Shown here piece after piece: positions 1 through 10,359 of a stretch of DNA of 64,000 bases. This stretch comes from an uncultured Gemmatimonadales bacterium (GTDB lineage: Bacteria > Gemmatimonadota > Gemmatimonadetes > Longimicrobiales > Longimicrobiaceae), in NCBI GenBank assembly GCA_963716255.1, contig OY970303.1, positions 4,160,001 to 4,224,000 on the forward strand. The letters are read 5' to 3'. Below the pieces are notes generated by a model. The model saw only the letters and a program-made list of their open reading frames with translations. It made no database searches and was not told the origin of the DNA. How positions within the stretch are numbered: position 1 is the first letter of the stretch; every line of letters starts with the position of its first letter. The position numbers and the translations under genes were made by a program.

Positions 1-699
1 GAGTTCGCGCACGAGCGGGCGGTGGGACGGCTGGGCAAGCCCATCGACCGCGCCGAGTGGGGGATGACCCCGCAGACGGTGAACGCGTACTACAGCAGCA
101 CGATGAACGAGATCGTGTTCCCGGCCGCCATCCTCCAGCCGCCGTTCTTCAACCCCACCGCCGACGACGCGGTGAACTACGGGGCCATCGGCGCGGTGAT
201 CGGGCACGAGATCAGCCATGGCTTCGACGACCAGGGCTCGCGCTCCGACGGCGACGGCAACCTGCGCAACTGGTGGTCCGAAAACGACCTGCGCGAGTTC
301 GGCAAGCGCACCGACGCGCTGGTGGCGCAGTACAACGCCTTCAGTCCCGCCGCGGGGGTCAACGTCAACGGGCGCTTCACCCTGGGCGAGAACATCGGCG
401 ACCTGAGCGGGCTGGCCGTCGCGTACAAGGCGTACAAGATCGCCACGCGGGGCAGGGAGATGCCGGTCATCGAGGGCTTCACCGGCGACCAGCGGTTCTT
501 CCTGGGGTGGGGGCAGATCTGGCGGCGCGAGTACCGCGACGCCGACATCCGCCAGCGGATCCTGACCGACCCGCACTCGCCGAGCGAGTTCCGAACCAAC
601 GGGCCGCTGCGAAACTTCGAGCCGTTCTACGCGGCGTTCGGGGTGAAGCAGGGAGACCGGATGTACCTGCCGCCGGAGCAGCGGGTGAAGATCTGGTAA
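1..699 (+). CDS. M13 family (neprilysin/PepO-like) zinc metalloendopeptidase, 5'-truncated by window edge
   Basis: VNAYY, HEISH (HExxH) and GENIGD motifs; open frame from position 1. Confidence 0.95.
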   Translation, partial: EFAHERAVGRLGKPIDRAEWGMTPQTVNAYYSSTMNEIVFPAAILQPPFFNPTADDAVNYGAIGAVIGHEISHGFDDQGSRSDGDGNLRNWWSENDLREFGKRTDALVAQYNAFSPAAGVNVNGRFTLGENIGDLSGLAVAYKAYKIATRGREMPVIEGFTGDQRFFLGWGQIWRREYRDADIRQRILTDPHSPSEFRTNGPLRNFEPFYAAFGVKQGDRMYLPPEQRVKIW

Positions 700-720
700 G
701 CTCCTTCTCCAGAAGGGGTT

Positions 721-766
721 GAACAACCGGCCCGGGTCCGCAGTCGCGGATCCGGGCCGGTTCTTC
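721..766. terminator. Hairpin terminator after M13 peptidase
   Basis: AACCGGCCCGGGTCCGC-loop-GCGGATCCGGGCCGGTT followed by CTTC. Confidence 0.65.
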
Positions 767-819
767 GTTCGGGATAGGTCACGGCCCTGGGGTGCTCACT
801 GGTCGTCGACCATCTTGCG

Positions 820-838
820 GATGAAAATCATTCTCAAC
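820..838. promoter_or_regulatory. Fur box upstream of TonB-dependent receptor
   Basis: TGAAAAT-C-ATTCTCA (822-836) fits the 7-1-7 Fur consensus; adjacent CATAAT -10-like hexamer; AT-rich in a high-GC background. Confidence 0.8.
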
Positions 839-908
839 ATAATATCGCCTCCGGCCGCTCTGCCACGGCCGGCCATCCACCTCATCGTCAAGACCGCTGG
901 AGCGGACC

Positions 909-3332
909 ATGTCCAAGAAGAACCGTGCCCGCAGGGCGCGCCCCATGCAGCCGCGGCAACCTGAGCCGGTCAGCAGCCGCCCCGTCCAGGGCCTTGCCCT
1001 CCCGGCGTGGGCACTCACCGGCGTCGTGATGGTGGGCGCGGTGATCGGCGGCTCCGCCGCGCCCGCCCTGGCCCAGGAACCCACCCGCACCGCCGCCGAC
1101 GCGAGCCCCGCGACGCGCCGCTTCGACATCCCTGCCGGCCTGCTGTCCGAGGCGCTGGCCGCCTACGGCCGCGCGACGGGCCTGGTGATCCAGGACCCTG
1201 CCGCGGTGCTCGGCGGCATCGGCACCGCGGGTGCTTCCGGCGAGATGACGGACGAGGGCGCGCTCCGCGAGCTGCTCGGCGGCACCGGCGTCACGTACCG
1301 CTTCGTGAGCTCCCGCACCATCCGGCTGGAGCGAGGCGATCTTCCGCCCGCCCGCATCACCGAGCGCGCGACGCTGCTGGACCCGCTCACCGTGACCGGC
1401 GCCCAGGTGTCCGCCTCGCCCAAGTACGCGCAGCCGCTGCGCGACGTGCCGCAGACGGTGACCGTCGTGCCGAGGGAGGTCATCGAGCAGCAGGGCGCGA
1501 CCTCGCTCCGGGACGTGCTGCGCAACGTGAGCGGCCTCACCGTGAACGCCGGCGAGGGCGGGGCCACGCCGGGCGACAACTTCAACCTCCGCGGCTTCAG
1601 CGCCCGCAGCGACGTGTTCGTGGACGGGGTGCGCGACATCGGCGGGTACTCACGGGCGACCTTCAACGTGGAGCAGGTGGAGGTGGCCAAGGGGCCGGGC
1701 TCCACCTACACCGGTCGCGGCTCCACCGGAGGCTCCATCAACCTGGTGACCAAGACCCCGCACGTCCGGCAGGACTATGCGGCGACGACGGCGCTGGGCA
1801 ACGCGGAGTACGGCCGGGCGACGCTCGACGCCAACCAGCCGCTGGGAGTGGCGGGAGGCGCATTCCGCCTCAACGCGCAGTACGAGCACGACGGCGTGGC
1901 CGGGCTGGACGTGGTGGAGAAGGAGAACTGGGGGGTCGCGCCGTCGCTCGCCTTCGGGCTGGGCGGCTCCACCCGGCTGACGGCGCAGTACTTCCACGCG
2001 GAGCAGGACAACACGCCGGCGTACGGCATCCTGAGCCAGGACAGCCTGCCGCGGGTGGACACCCGCAACTTCTTCGGCCTCACGGACCTGGACCGCGAGA
2101 ACGTCGTGGCCGACGAGGCGACGCTGCGCGTGGACCACGTGGTGGGCAGCACCCTCTCGCTCCGCAACCAGAGCACGTGGCGGCGCAGCGAGGTGGACCG
2201 GATCGTCACCTTCGCCAGCACGGCCAACCTGAGCCGCAGCAGCCGCTCGCACCTCACGGAGGACGAGAACCTTTCCAACCAGACGACGCTGAACGCCGCG
2301 TTCGAGACCGGCCGGCTCCGCCACACCCTGGTGAGCGGGGTGGAAGTGGCGCGCGAGCGGTCCACGTTCGGGAGCTACGCGTTCAGCGCCGCGCCGCCGG
2401 CCATCGCCGACCTCAACGATCCCAACCCGAAGGACCCCTACACCGGCGTTGCCACGGCGCGGCGGCCGACGCGCGACGCAACGTCCACCAGCGTGGGCGT
2501 GTTCGCCTTCGAGACGCTGCAGGTGGCGCCGCAGCTGGAGCTCACCGGCGCCCTGCGCTACGACTACTTCAGGGCGCAGTACCAGGACTCGCTGGGGGTG
2601 GCGCTGGATCCCGCCGGGACGACCACGCGCGCCCTGACCTGGCGGGCCGGAGCCGTGGTCAAGCCCGCCGGAAACGGCAGTGTGTACGCTGCCGTGGGCA
2701 CCTCGTTCAACCCATCGGGCGAAACGCTGGCGCTGGACAGCCGCGGCACGGCGGGACTCGACCCGGAGCGGAGCCGCAGCGCGGAGGTGGGCACCAAGTG
2801 GGACCTGCTGCGTCAGCGCCTGTCGCTTTCCGCGGCGCTGTTCCGCACCGAGAAGACCAACGCGCGCATGACCAATCCCGCGGATCCCAACGGGCCGCAG
2901 ATCCTGGCCGGCGAGCAGCGGGTGCAGGGCGCGGAGCTCGGGGTCAGCGGAAAGCTGGCGCGCTGGTGGACCGTGTTCACGAACTACGCGTTCCTGGACA
3001 GCGAGCTGGTGGAAGGTTCGGGAACGGACGTGGGGAAGCCGCTTCCCAACACGCCGAAGCACTCGGGGAGCGTGTGGACCACCCTCGCCCTCCCGCACCA
3101 TGCAGAAGTGGGCGGCGGGATGCGGTACATGGGCGAGCGGTTCGCGCGCGGCAGCTTCTACGTGCCGGACTACACCGTGTTTGACGCCGAGGCCGGAGTG
3201 CCGGTGAGCCAGCGGCTGACGCTGCGGCTCAACGTGTACAACCTCGCGGACCGCACCTACTACGACAACGGCCGCTTCTGGGTCCCGTCGCCGGGGCGCA
3301 CGGTGCGCGTTTCGGCCAACTTCGACTTCTGA
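909..3332 (+). CDS. TonB-dependent siderophore receptor (Fiu/PiuA-like) with N-terminal STN signalling domain
   Basis: Signal peptide, FDIPAG STN segment, plug motif RGF...DGVRD...VEVAKGP, C-terminal Phe. Confidence 0.93.
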   Translation: MSKKNRARRARPMQPRQPEPVSSRPVQGLALPAWALTGVVMVGAVIGGSAAPALAQEPTRTAADASPATRRFDIPAGLLSEALAAYGRATGLVIQDPAAVLGGIGTAGASGEMTDEGALRELLGGTGVTYRFVSSRTIRLERGDLPPARITERATLLDPLTVTGAQVSASPKYAQPLRDVPQTVTVVPREVIEQQGATSLRDVLRNVSGLTVNAGEGGATPGDNFNLRGFSARSDVFVDGVRDIGGYSRATFNVEQVEVAKGPGSTYTGRGSTGGSINLVTKTPHVRQDYAATTALGNAEYGRATLDANQPLGVAGGAFRLNAQYEHDGVAGLDVVEKENWGVAPSLAFGLGGSTRLTAQYFHAEQDNTPAYGILSQDSLPRVDTRNFFGLTDLDRENVVADEATLRVDHVVGSTLSLRNQSTWRRSEVDRIVTFASTANLSRSSRSHLTEDENLSNQTTLNAAFETGRLRHTLVSGVEVARERSTFGSYAFSAAPPAIADLNDPNPKDPYTGVATARRPTRDATSTSVGVFAFETLQVAPQLELTGALRYDYFRAQYQDSLGVALDPAGTTTRALTWRAGAVVKPAGNGSVYAAVGTSFNPSGETLALDSRGTAGLDPERSRSAEVGTKWDLLRQRLSLSAALFRTEKTNARMTNPADPNGPQILAGEQRVQGAELGVSGKLARWWTVFTNYAFLDSELVEGSGTDVGKPLPNTPKHSGSVWTTLALPHHAEVGGGMRYMGERFARGSFYVPDYTVFDAEAGVPVSQRLTLRLNVYNLADRTYYDNGRFWVPSPGRTVRVSANFDF

Positions 3333-3396
3333 CGCTCATCCGCGCCCCGGACCGGCCGGGGCGCGGTCTCCTTTTCCGCACGAAAGTCAACCGGCA

Positions 3397-4077
3397 ATGC
3401 TTCTTCACATCCCCGACGTGCTCACCGCCGAGCAGGTGGCCGAGGCCCGCCGCGCGCTCGACGCGGCGGACTGGGTGGACGGCAGCGTGACCGCGGGCGC
3501 GCAGTCCGCCAGGGCCAAGAACAACATGCAGCTTCCGGAAGACCACCCGGTGGCGCGGCAGCTGGGCGACCTGATCCTGCAGCGGCTGAACCAGAACCCG
3601 CTCTTCATCTCCGCCGCCCTTCCTTCCCGGGTCTTTCCACCGCTGTTCAGCCGGTACACGGGGGGCCAGTCTTTCGGCACGCACGTGGACAACGCCATCC
3701 GGCAGGTGGCGGGCACTCCGCACCGGATCCGCACCGACCTGTCGGCGACGCTGTTCCTGGCCGACCCGTCCGAGTACGACGGCGGCGAGCTGAGCGTGGA
3801 GGACACCTACGGCGTGCAGAGCGTGAAGCTGCCCGCCGGGCACATGATCCTGTACCCGGCCACCAGCCTGCACCACGTCCGGCCGGTGACCCGGGGAGCG
3901 CGCATCGCATCGTTCTTCTGGATCCAGAGCATGGTGCGCGACGACGCCGCGCGCACGCTGCTGCTGGACCTGGACTCCGCCATCCAGGGGCTGAGCCGCG
4001 ACGTGCCGGACCACCCGGCGGCCGTGCAGCTCACCGGCATCTACCACAACCTGCTGCGCCGCTGGGTCGACCTGTGA
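3397..4077 (+). CDS. piuC: PKHD-type Fe(II)/2-oxoglutarate dioxygenase (PiuC/YbiX family)
   Basis: [38 protein letters not shown] motifs; follows TonB receptor. Confidence 0.93.
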   Translation: MLLHIPDVLTAEQVAEARRALDAADWVDGSVTAGAQSARAKNNMQLPEDHPVARQLGDLILQRLNQNPLFISAALPSRVFPPLFSRYTGGQSFGTHVDNAIRQVAGTPHRIRTDLSATLFLADPSEYDGGELSVEDTYGVQSVKLPAGHMILYPATSLHHVRPVTRGARIASFFWIQSMVRDDAARTLLLDLDSAIQGLSRDVPDHPAAVQLTGIYHNLLRRWVDL

Positions 4078-4174
4078 AGGACGGGCTCCGGCCGGAACGG
4101 GAAGCCTCCTGCGGGTCGATGCCCGCAGGAGGCTTTTCAACGTACGGATGCGGCCCGTGCACGCCGACGGCGTC

Positions 4175-5461
4175 CTACGATCCCGCCGCGGTGAAGCGCT
4201 CCTCGCGGACCGGGCGGCTCCGCCAGCCGGGTCTCCGGCGTCCGCGCCAGCTCCGGAGCCGCCGCAGCGAGAGCGACATGCCCGTCCATACGAGGACCGC
4301 GGCGCCGAGCGATGCGATTCCGGCCACCGTCTGCCCGAAGAGGCCGAGCACCTCTCCGGTGTGCGCGAAGCGAAGGACCATGCGGATCCTGCGGCCCATC
4401 GTGGCTTCCGAGAACGGCTCCCATGCCACCACCTGTCCCGTGGCGCGGTCCAGCTCCAGCGAGGCGCGCTTGTGCGGCTGGCCGCCGGTGCCCCGGTCCA
4501 GGGTGAAGCGGAGCGGCGCGTCCGCCGCGCGGGGCACCTGGAGCGAGAGCGTGCGCCAGCCGGAGACCTGGCGCCCCGCGCGAGCGATCAGGGCGTCGGT
4601 TCCCGCCAGCGACACGGCCGGCTCACCTTCCCCGCGAGCCCGCCCGTCCGTGCGCTCCCCGCGGGCGGCACCGCCTCCGGAACGCCGCTCCGCGCCGCCG
4701 GGACGGACGCCGGTTCGCGGCTCGCGGTCCGCCTGCGGCCCGCCCCGCGGTCCTTCCGGCGCCGGGGGCTCCTCGCCCGCCACCCGGTACACCAGGTCCC
4801 CGGCCCAGCGGTAGGAGATCACGACGCCGGAAAGCACGATCACGAACAGCGGGACCACGGACCAGACGCCGATCACGTTGTGCCAGTTGAAGTCGCGCGC
4901 CTTGGGGGCGAGGCCCCGGCGGAAGAGGGTGACGCTGGCCAGGGCGCGGCGGCTCCAGTTGCGCGGCCACCACAGATAGAAGCCGCTGACCACGAGGAAC
5001 AGGAACGCCAGGTTGCTCGCCCCGGTGATCATCCGGCCGATCTCGCGGTTCTCGTCCGTTCCGCCGAGCCAGCGGTGCCAGTCGGTCATGACGCGGAAGA
5101 AGCCGCGAACGCCGGTGGCTCCTTCCCCCAGCACCTCGCCCGTGTAGGCGTTGGCGAACACGGTCCGCTCCCTCCCGAAGGAAACCTGCACTGGAGCCTC
5201 CGGATCCGCGCGCCACAGGATCGCGGTGGGGGCCGGACCGCCGCCCCTCCCCTGCACCCGCTCGAGCAGCGTCCCGATGGGGAGGCGTGCCGTCCCCGCC
5301 ACGGGGGGCGATCCGTCCAGCCCGCGCAGGTCCGCCCAGGCCGTGACCTGCTTCTGGTACGTGAGCGCGACCCCCGTGACGGACATGACGAGGACGACCA
5401 GCCCGGCGACGATGCCCGCAGCCAGGTGGCACCAGAAGATCACCGTGCGGAATTGCTTCAT
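4175..5461 (-). CDS. PepSY-associated TM helix iron-uptake membrane protein (PiuB-like)
   Basis: FWCH...SVTG, WHRWL, SGFYLWWP, WHNVIG, FAHTGE His-containing TM motifs. Confidence 0.9.
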   Translation of the reverse strand: MKQFRTVIFWCHLAAGIVAGLVVLVMSVTGVALTYQKQVTAWADLRGLDGSPPVAGTARLPIGTLLERVQGRGGGPAPTAILWRADPEAPVQVSFGRERTVFANAYTGEVLGEGATGVRGFFRVMTDWHRWLGGTDENREIGRMITGASNLAFLFLVVSGFYLWWPRNWSRRALASVTLFRRGLAPKARDFNWHNVIGVWSVVPLFVIVLSGVVISYRWAGDLVYRVAGEEPPAPEGPRGGPQADREPRTGVRPGGAERRSGGGAARGERTDGRARGEGEPAVSLAGTDALIARAGRQVSGWRTLSLQVPRAADAPLRFTLDRGTGGQPHKRASLELDRATGQVVAWEPFSEATMGRRIRMVLRFAHTGEVLGLFGQTVAGIASLGAAVLVWTGMSLSLRRLRSWRGRRRPGWRSRPVREERFTAAGS

Positions 5462-5493
5462 GACCAGGTTCGACGAAAGGAAGGTCAAGGATA

Positions 5494-5512
5494 AATGAGA
5501 AGGATTCTCAAT
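5494..5512. promoter_or_regulatory. Fur box upstream of PepSY gene
   Basis: TGAGAAG-G-ATTCTCA (5496-5510), 7-1-7 Fur-like inverted repeat. Confidence 0.75.
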
Positions 5513-5702
5513 CGCATCAGAATAGGAGGCGCCCGACGAAGTGTCAACCGGAGCCGTCTACCCGCTGCCGGCGCGGGCTGCCTCCCGGGCTGCGACAAAG
5601 GCTTTGCGCGCGGCGGGGGCGCGCCCTAACTTGGGGGCCACCCCTCTCGCGCCTCCCAGGCGCGTACACCCCTCCCTTCCCCCGCCCGTTCCGGAGGCTT
5701 CC

Positions 5703-6125
5703 ATGCTCAGGAGCATCGCCGCCGTACTCTTCGGCTTCGTCCTCATCGGCGCCCTTTCCATCGGGGCGGACGTAGTGCTCAGGCAGGCCCTGCCCACCGC
5801 CTTCGACGCCGCGGGCCGCGTGGAGAGCGTCGACGTCCTGCTGCTGATGATGGGCTACGTGGGGCTGTTCGCCGTCACCGGGTGCTATCTCACCGCCCGC
5901 ATCGCCCCCGGCCGCCCCATGCTCCACGCGCTGGTCCTGGGCGCGCTCGGGCTCGCCTTCAACATCGCCGGCAGCATCGCGCTGTGGGACACCGCGCCGG
6001 CCTGGTACCACGTGGCGTCGCTCGTCCTGGTGATGCCCTACGCCTGGGTCGGCGGGCTCCTCCGCCAGGTGGAGCTGGAGCGCAACGGCGAGGGCGCCGC
6101 GGTCGTGGACCCGCGCCCCGCCTGA
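5703..6125 (+). CDS. Hypothetical four-helix membrane protein
   Basis: GGAGG RBS; four hydrophobic segments; PAWY motif. Confidence 0.8.
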   Translation: MLRSIAAVLFGFVLIGALSIGADVVLRQALPTAFDAAGRVESVDVLLLMMGYVGLFAVTGCYLTARIAPGRPMLHALVLGALGLAFNIAGSIALWDTAPAWYHVASLVLVMPYAWVGGLLRQVELERNGEGAAVVDPRPA

Positions 6126-6288
6126 GCCCTGCGGCCGGCCGCTCCGGCCCCCCGCACAGCCCCTACGAGGCCCCTCCGCCCCCACGGTCGAGGGGCTTCG
6201 CCGTTCCGCACTCCCGCACTTTCGCACTCCCTCTCCGGTCCCCTACTCTGTCCCCGTATTCCGTAATCCGTCCTGAACCACGGGAACC

Positions 6289-7584
6289 ATGAGCGACCAT
6301 CCGGCACCCCACGCGCGGGACCTGGGCAGGGAGCGGCAGGCGGGGATCTTCGTGGCGGGCGTGGGCGGGCGGCGCCCCGCCGTGCCCGTGGACCCCGCGC
6401 GGCTGGAGGCGGCGGCCCGCCGGGCCATGTCCCCGGAGGCCTTCGCGTACGTGGCGGGCGGCGCCGGCGCCGAGGGCACCGTGCGCGCCAACCGCGAGGC
6501 CTTCGAGCGCTGGCGCATCGTGCCGCGCATGCTGCGCGACGTGTCCGTGCGCGACACCTCGGTGGAGCTCTTCGGCGCGCGCATCCCGTCGCCCCTGCTG
6601 CTGGCGCCCATCGGCGTGCTGGAGATGGCGCACCCGGAGGCGGACCTGGCCGTGGCCCGCGCCGCCGCCGCCGAGGGCGTGCCGATGATCTTTTCCAGCC
6701 AGGCCTCCGTGCCCATGGAGGCGTGCGCCCGCGCCATGGGCGACGCCCCCCGCTGGTTCCAGCTGTACTGGAGTCGCTCCGACGACCTGGTCGCCAGCTT
6801 CGTCCGCCGCGCCGAAGCGTGCGGGTGCTCCGCGATCGTCCTCACCCTGGACACCACCCTGCTGGGGTGGCGCCCGCGCGACCTGGACCTGGGCTACCTC
6901 CCCTTCCTGCGGGGGATGGGGATCGCGCAGTACACCAGCGACCCCGTGTTCCGCGCCAGCCTCGCCGAGCCGCTGGACGCGCCGCCGGCCGGGAAGCCCG
7001 CCGTGAACCTGGCTTCGCTGCGCGCCTTCGCGGGGATGCTGCGCAGGTACCCCGGCGCAGGCCTGCGCGAGCGGCTCCGCACCGGCGCGCCGCGGGCCGC
7101 CGTGCAGCGGTTCATCGCCACCTACTCGCGCCCCTCGCTCACCTGGGACGACCTGGGCTTCCTCCGCGATCGCACGCGCCTCCCCATCCTCCTCAAGGGG
7201 ATCCTGCACCCGGAGGACGCGCGCATGGCCGTGGAGCGGGGGATGGACGGCGTGGTGGTCTCCAACCACGGCGGCCGGCAGGTGGACGGGGTCGTGGGCG
7301 CGCTGGACGCGCTCCCGGGGGTGGTGTCGGAGGTCGGCGGGCGGGTGCCGGTGCTCTTCGACAGCGGCGTGCGCGGCGGCGCGGACGTGTTCCGGGCGCT
7401 GGCGCTGGGGGCCGCCGCCGTCTGCCTGGGGCGCCCGTACGCCTACGGCCTCGCCGTGGCCGGGGAGGCGGGCGCGCGCGAGGTGGTCCGCAACGTCGCC
7501 GCGGAGTTCGACCTGACCCTGGGGCTTGCGGGGTGCGCCTCCGTTTCCGCGATCGGGCCGGAGTGCCTGGTGCGGATTGGTTGA
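6289..7584 (+). CDS. FMN-dependent alpha-hydroxy acid oxidase (lactate 2-monooxygenase-like)
   Basis: [27 protein letters not shown] motifs. Confidence 0.95.
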   Translation: MSDHPAPHARDLGRERQAGIFVAGVGGRRPAVPVDPARLEAAARRAMSPEAFAYVAGGAGAEGTVRANREAFERWRIVPRMLRDVSVRDTSVELFGARIPSPLLLAPIGVLEMAHPEADLAVARAAAAEGVPMIFSSQASVPMEACARAMGDAPRWFQLYWSRSDDLVASFVRRAEACGCSAIVLTLDTTLLGWRPRDLDLGYLPFLRGMGIAQYTSDPVFRASLAEPLDAPPAGKPAVNLASLRAFAGMLRRYPGAGLRERLRTGAPRAAVQRFIATYSRPSLTWDDLGFLRDRTRLPILLKGILHPEDARMAVERGMDGVVVSNHGGRQVDGVVGALDALPGVVSEVGGRVPVLFDSGVRGGADVFRALALGAAAVCLGRPYAYGLAVAGEAGAREVVRNVAAEFDLTLGLAGCASVSAIGPECLVRIG

Positions 7585-7605
7585 GCGGCTTTTGGCGGCG
7601 GGTCC

Positions 7606-7734
7606 GGGCGTGCCCCCGGCTGGCGCCGGGGTCGGGCTTCGGCTCCGTAGAGCAGCAAACAACGCTGCTCAACGGAGTCGAGCCCGCGCAAACAGCCGCG
7701 CGGTCTCGCCCCTCCGGGCCGGAATCCCTCACGC
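7606..7734 (-). repeat. Family A structured element copy 1
   Basis: Reverse complement reads GCGTGAGGGAT...GGGCGAGACC...CTCCGT...ACGGAGCCGAAGCCCGACCCC...GGGGGCACGCCC. Confidence 0.95.
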
Positions 7735-7873
7735 GGGGCACGCGCTGGCGTCCGCCGATGCCTGCGCCACCCGGAAGCCCGGGCTCCCAACGCCGCGCGC
7801 GAGGGCGCTGTACATCCGGGGGAAGGGCCGCGCGGGTGCGCGGCCTCTGGCCACGCACACCCGGAGCATGCAC

Positions 7874-8233
7874 ATGAGACCCCGTCACCTGGCACTCGCC
7901 CTCGTCCTGCTCGCCGCGCCGGCCGCGCTCGCGGCCCAGCCGCCCGCCCCCGCCGCGCAACGCTGCGGCACCCGCTGGTGCGACCGCCTGGAGGACCGGT
8001 GGGACCGGCGCGAAGACCGCCGCGACCGGCACGAGGACGTGCGCGACCGCAGGGAGGACGTGCGGGACCGCCGCGAGGACCGCAGGGACCGGCGCCACGA
8101 CGGCGGGGTGTGGGACCGGATCGAGGACCGGCTGGACCGCAGGGAGGACGTGCGCGACCGGCGCGAGGACGTGCGCGACCGCAGGGAGGACCGGCGGGAC
8201 CGCCGCGAGGACCGCCGCGACCGGCGGAGCTGA
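7874..8233 (+). CDS. Secreted highly charged heptad-repeat protein (DRRED[V/R]R)n
   Basis: GGAG RBS, signal peptide MRPRHLALALVLLAAPAALAAQ, 21-bp DNA repeat units. Confidence 0.8.
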   Translation: MRPRHLALALVLLAAPAALAAQPPAPAAQRCGTRWCDRLEDRWDRREDRRDRHEDVRDRREDVRDRREDRRDRRHDGGVWDRIEDRLDRREDVRDRREDVRDRREDRRDRREDRRDRRS

Positions 8234-8337
8234 GAGGGCGGAACGCACGACGGGCGGCGCCCCCGGATGGCGCCCCCCGTTGCATTTCACCCGCCGGCTT
8301 GCAATTCCCGCGCATCCGCAAACATGCAGCGGAACGC

Positions 8338-8465
8338 GCGTGAGGGATTACGGCCCGAAGGGGCGAGACCCGGCGGCAGTTTGCCGGGGCTCGCCTCCGT
8401 TAAGCACGGTCGTTTCGTGCTTTACGGAGCCGCAGCCCGACCCCGGCGCAGCCGGGGGCACGCCC
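8338..8465 (+). repeat. Family A structured element copy 2
   Basis: Same conserved framework as copy 1. Confidence 0.95.
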
Positions 8466-8503
8466 GAACCCGCCGTCCACAGCCGTTCAACTTCCTTCCG
8501 GGA

Positions 8504-9217
8504 TCAGTCCGCCAGCACCTTCTCCACGTACCCGTTGTCCGGGTCGCCGCCGCGCCGCAGCACCTTGTCCACCGTGCCCGGGCCGCGGTTGTAGGCCAGC
8601 AGCGCAAGCCGCTCGTCACCCTCGTACTTGTCGATCAGGTCGCGGAGGTACCCCAGCCCGATGCGCAGGTTGGTCTCGCTGTCGCGCAGGTCGCGGTTGG
8701 TGGTCCCGGGCTCCAGCCAGCGCGCGGTGCGCGGCATGAGCTGCGTCAGCCCCACGGCGCCCACGTGGCTGGTGGCGGCGTTGCGGAACCCGCTTTCCGC
8801 CCGCACCAGCCCGAAGGCCAGCTCCGGCGCGATGTCGTTCTCCAGCGCCGCCTCCACGATGCTCTCGGCCAGGCGCTGGGTTACCGGGTACCCCTTCTCC
8901 TTGTACTTGGCGGCCAGCGCGCGGGCCTTCAACTCGTCCGCGGCGGCGACCCGGGCCGCTACCGCGGGCTTTTCCAGCGCGAGCTGGGTCACCACCACGG
9001 GCGCGAGGGGAAGGACGGGGCCGGCCGCGGCCCTGGCCACCGGCCGCGCGAAGGAAAGCTCCCCGCCGGCCGCCGCGCCCCGTTCGTCGCCGCCGTGGGC
9101 CGTGGCCGCCACCTGCGCGACCGCGACGGCCGCGAGCAGGGCCTGGACACCGCGGCTGCGCAGCAGGTCGCGCGCACCGGCGCGGCGCAGGGAACTCTGG
9201 TCTCTGCTGTTCTGCAC
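8504..9217 (-). CDS. Lytic transglycosylase (SLT domain)
   Basis: AESGF, GAVGLTQLMP, AYNRG motifs. Confidence 0.9.
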   Translation of the reverse strand: MQNSRDQSSLRRAGARDLLRSRGVQALLAAVAVAQVAATAHGGDERGAAAGGELSFARPVARAAAGPVLPLAPVVVTQLALEKPAVAARVAAADELKARALAAKYKEKGYPVTQRLAESIVEAALENDIAPELAFGLVRAESGFRNAATSHVGAVGLTQLMPRTARWLEPGTTNRDLRDSETNLRIGLGYLRDLIDKYEGDERLALLAYNRGPGTVDKVLRRGGDPDNGYVEKVLAD

Positions 9218-9330
9218 TCGCTCTGTCTCCTGTCCGTTTCAAGACGAGCGCGACGGACGGAACCGACCGTCCATCGCGGGGCGTCAGGGCGTGAATTCGA
9301 CTTTGCGCGAGCAATATAACGATTGTAAGT

Positions 9331-9348
9331 AGATGAATCAATTCATCT
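9331..9348. promoter_or_regulatory. Palindromic operator-like site in AT-rich promoter of SLT gene
   Basis: AGATGAAT-CA-ATTCATCT perfect 8-bp inverted repeat. Confidence 0.55.
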
Positions 9349-9420
9349 TAAAGAAATTCATGGATTGTGGGTGCGTTTGTTTGTGAACCGGGGGATGCCT
9401 GGCCGGACGATGGGGTGGGC

Positions 9421-9469
9421 ACGAAAAGGCACGGGGCGCCGCGTCCCTGGTGGGACGCGGCGCCCCGTG
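9421..9469 (-). terminator. Intrinsic terminator of the small ORF at 9501-9662
   Basis: Perfect 18-bp stem (9430-9469) followed by CCTTTTCGT on the minus strand. Confidence 0.75.
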
Positions 9470-9500
9470 GGGCACCGACCCGGACTCCGGAAGGCGGGGG

Positions 9501-9662
9501 CTAGAAGCCCGCTGCGCGGATTCCGTCCAGGTCTACCGCAGCCGGCGATGGCTCCAGCGCCGGGTTCTCGTCGGAGCGCCTTTCTTCCTGGCGGTTTCTC
9601 ACGACGGTAAGGCTGGCCACGATGGCTGCGATTGCGACGAGACTCACACCTAAAGCGCGAAT
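9501..9662 (-). CDS. Small single-TM protein (53 aa), probable ATT start (alternative GTG at 9647)
   Basis: MRALGVSLVAIAAIVASLTVVRNRQEERRSDENPALEPSPAAVDLDGIRAAGF; GGAGG 6 nt before ATT; sigma54-like site upstream; terminator downstream. Confidence 0.65.
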   Translation of the reverse strand: MRALGVSLVAIAAIVASLTVVRNRQEERRSDENPALEPSPAAVDLDGIRAAGF

Positions 9663-9724
9663 AAGCTACCTCCGTGGCCGTGGGGAAGCGACGCGCCGTA
9701 CGGCGCGTCCGAGGGGTGTTCAGG

Positions 9725-9739
9725 GCAGGTTCCGTGCCG
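9725..9739 (-). promoter_or_regulatory. Sigma54 (-24/-12) promoter candidate for small ORF
   Basis: CGGCACGGAACCTGC, GG-N10-GC spacing. Confidence 0.5.
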
Positions 9740-9897
9740 GTCTCCAAAGCTCCGGCGGGGTGGGCGGTTCCCGGTTCCCGGGGCACCTGTCCCATGGACG
9801 ACGGACGGGGCGCTCGCGTCACTTCTGGTTGCCGATGGAACGGACGCTGCACATGTTGACGCGTGACGACGGCACGGCACACCGAGCGGGGGCGAGC

Positions 9898-10359
9898 ATG
9901 GCGGACGAGCGCAGGTACGCGGACGACGAGGGCGGCTTCGACGTGCGGGTCCCGGAGGGGTGGTACGCGGAGCCGGACGCGGAGGCGGGCGGGGTGGAGA
10001 TGGCGCACCCGGACGGCGCCGGGCTCCTGAACCTGGTGGGTTTTCCGCAGCCGGACGGCGACTTCCCGGACCCGGCGGAGGAGCTGTACTCCTTCCTGGA
10101 GGAGCAGGGGGTGGAGCTGGAGGAGGACGAGGTGGAGGACCTGTCGCTGGAGGGTGGCGGGGAGATGGCCGTGTGCGAGTACCTGACCGACGACGAGGAG
10201 GAGGGGGCGGGCGAGACCTTCTGGCTGGTGGGGGTGGCCACGGCGCCGGGCGCGCTGGTGTTCGCCAACTACTCGTGCGCCGCCGGGGAGCAGGAGGAGG
10301 AGCGCGAGACGGTGATGGCGGTGCTGCGGTCGCTGCGGCTGCGGGCCGCGGGTGCGTAG
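9898..10359 (+). CDS. Acidic hypothetical protein
   Basis: GC3-biased ORF coupled to the downstream gene. Confidence 0.75.
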   Translation: MADERRYADDEGGFDVRVPEGWYAEPDAEAGGVEMAHPDGAGLLNLVGFPQPDGDFPDPAEELYSFLEEQGVELEEDEVEDLSLEGGGEMAVCEYLTDDEEEGAGETFWLVGVATAPGALVFANYSCAAGEQEEERETVMAVLRSLRLRAAGA

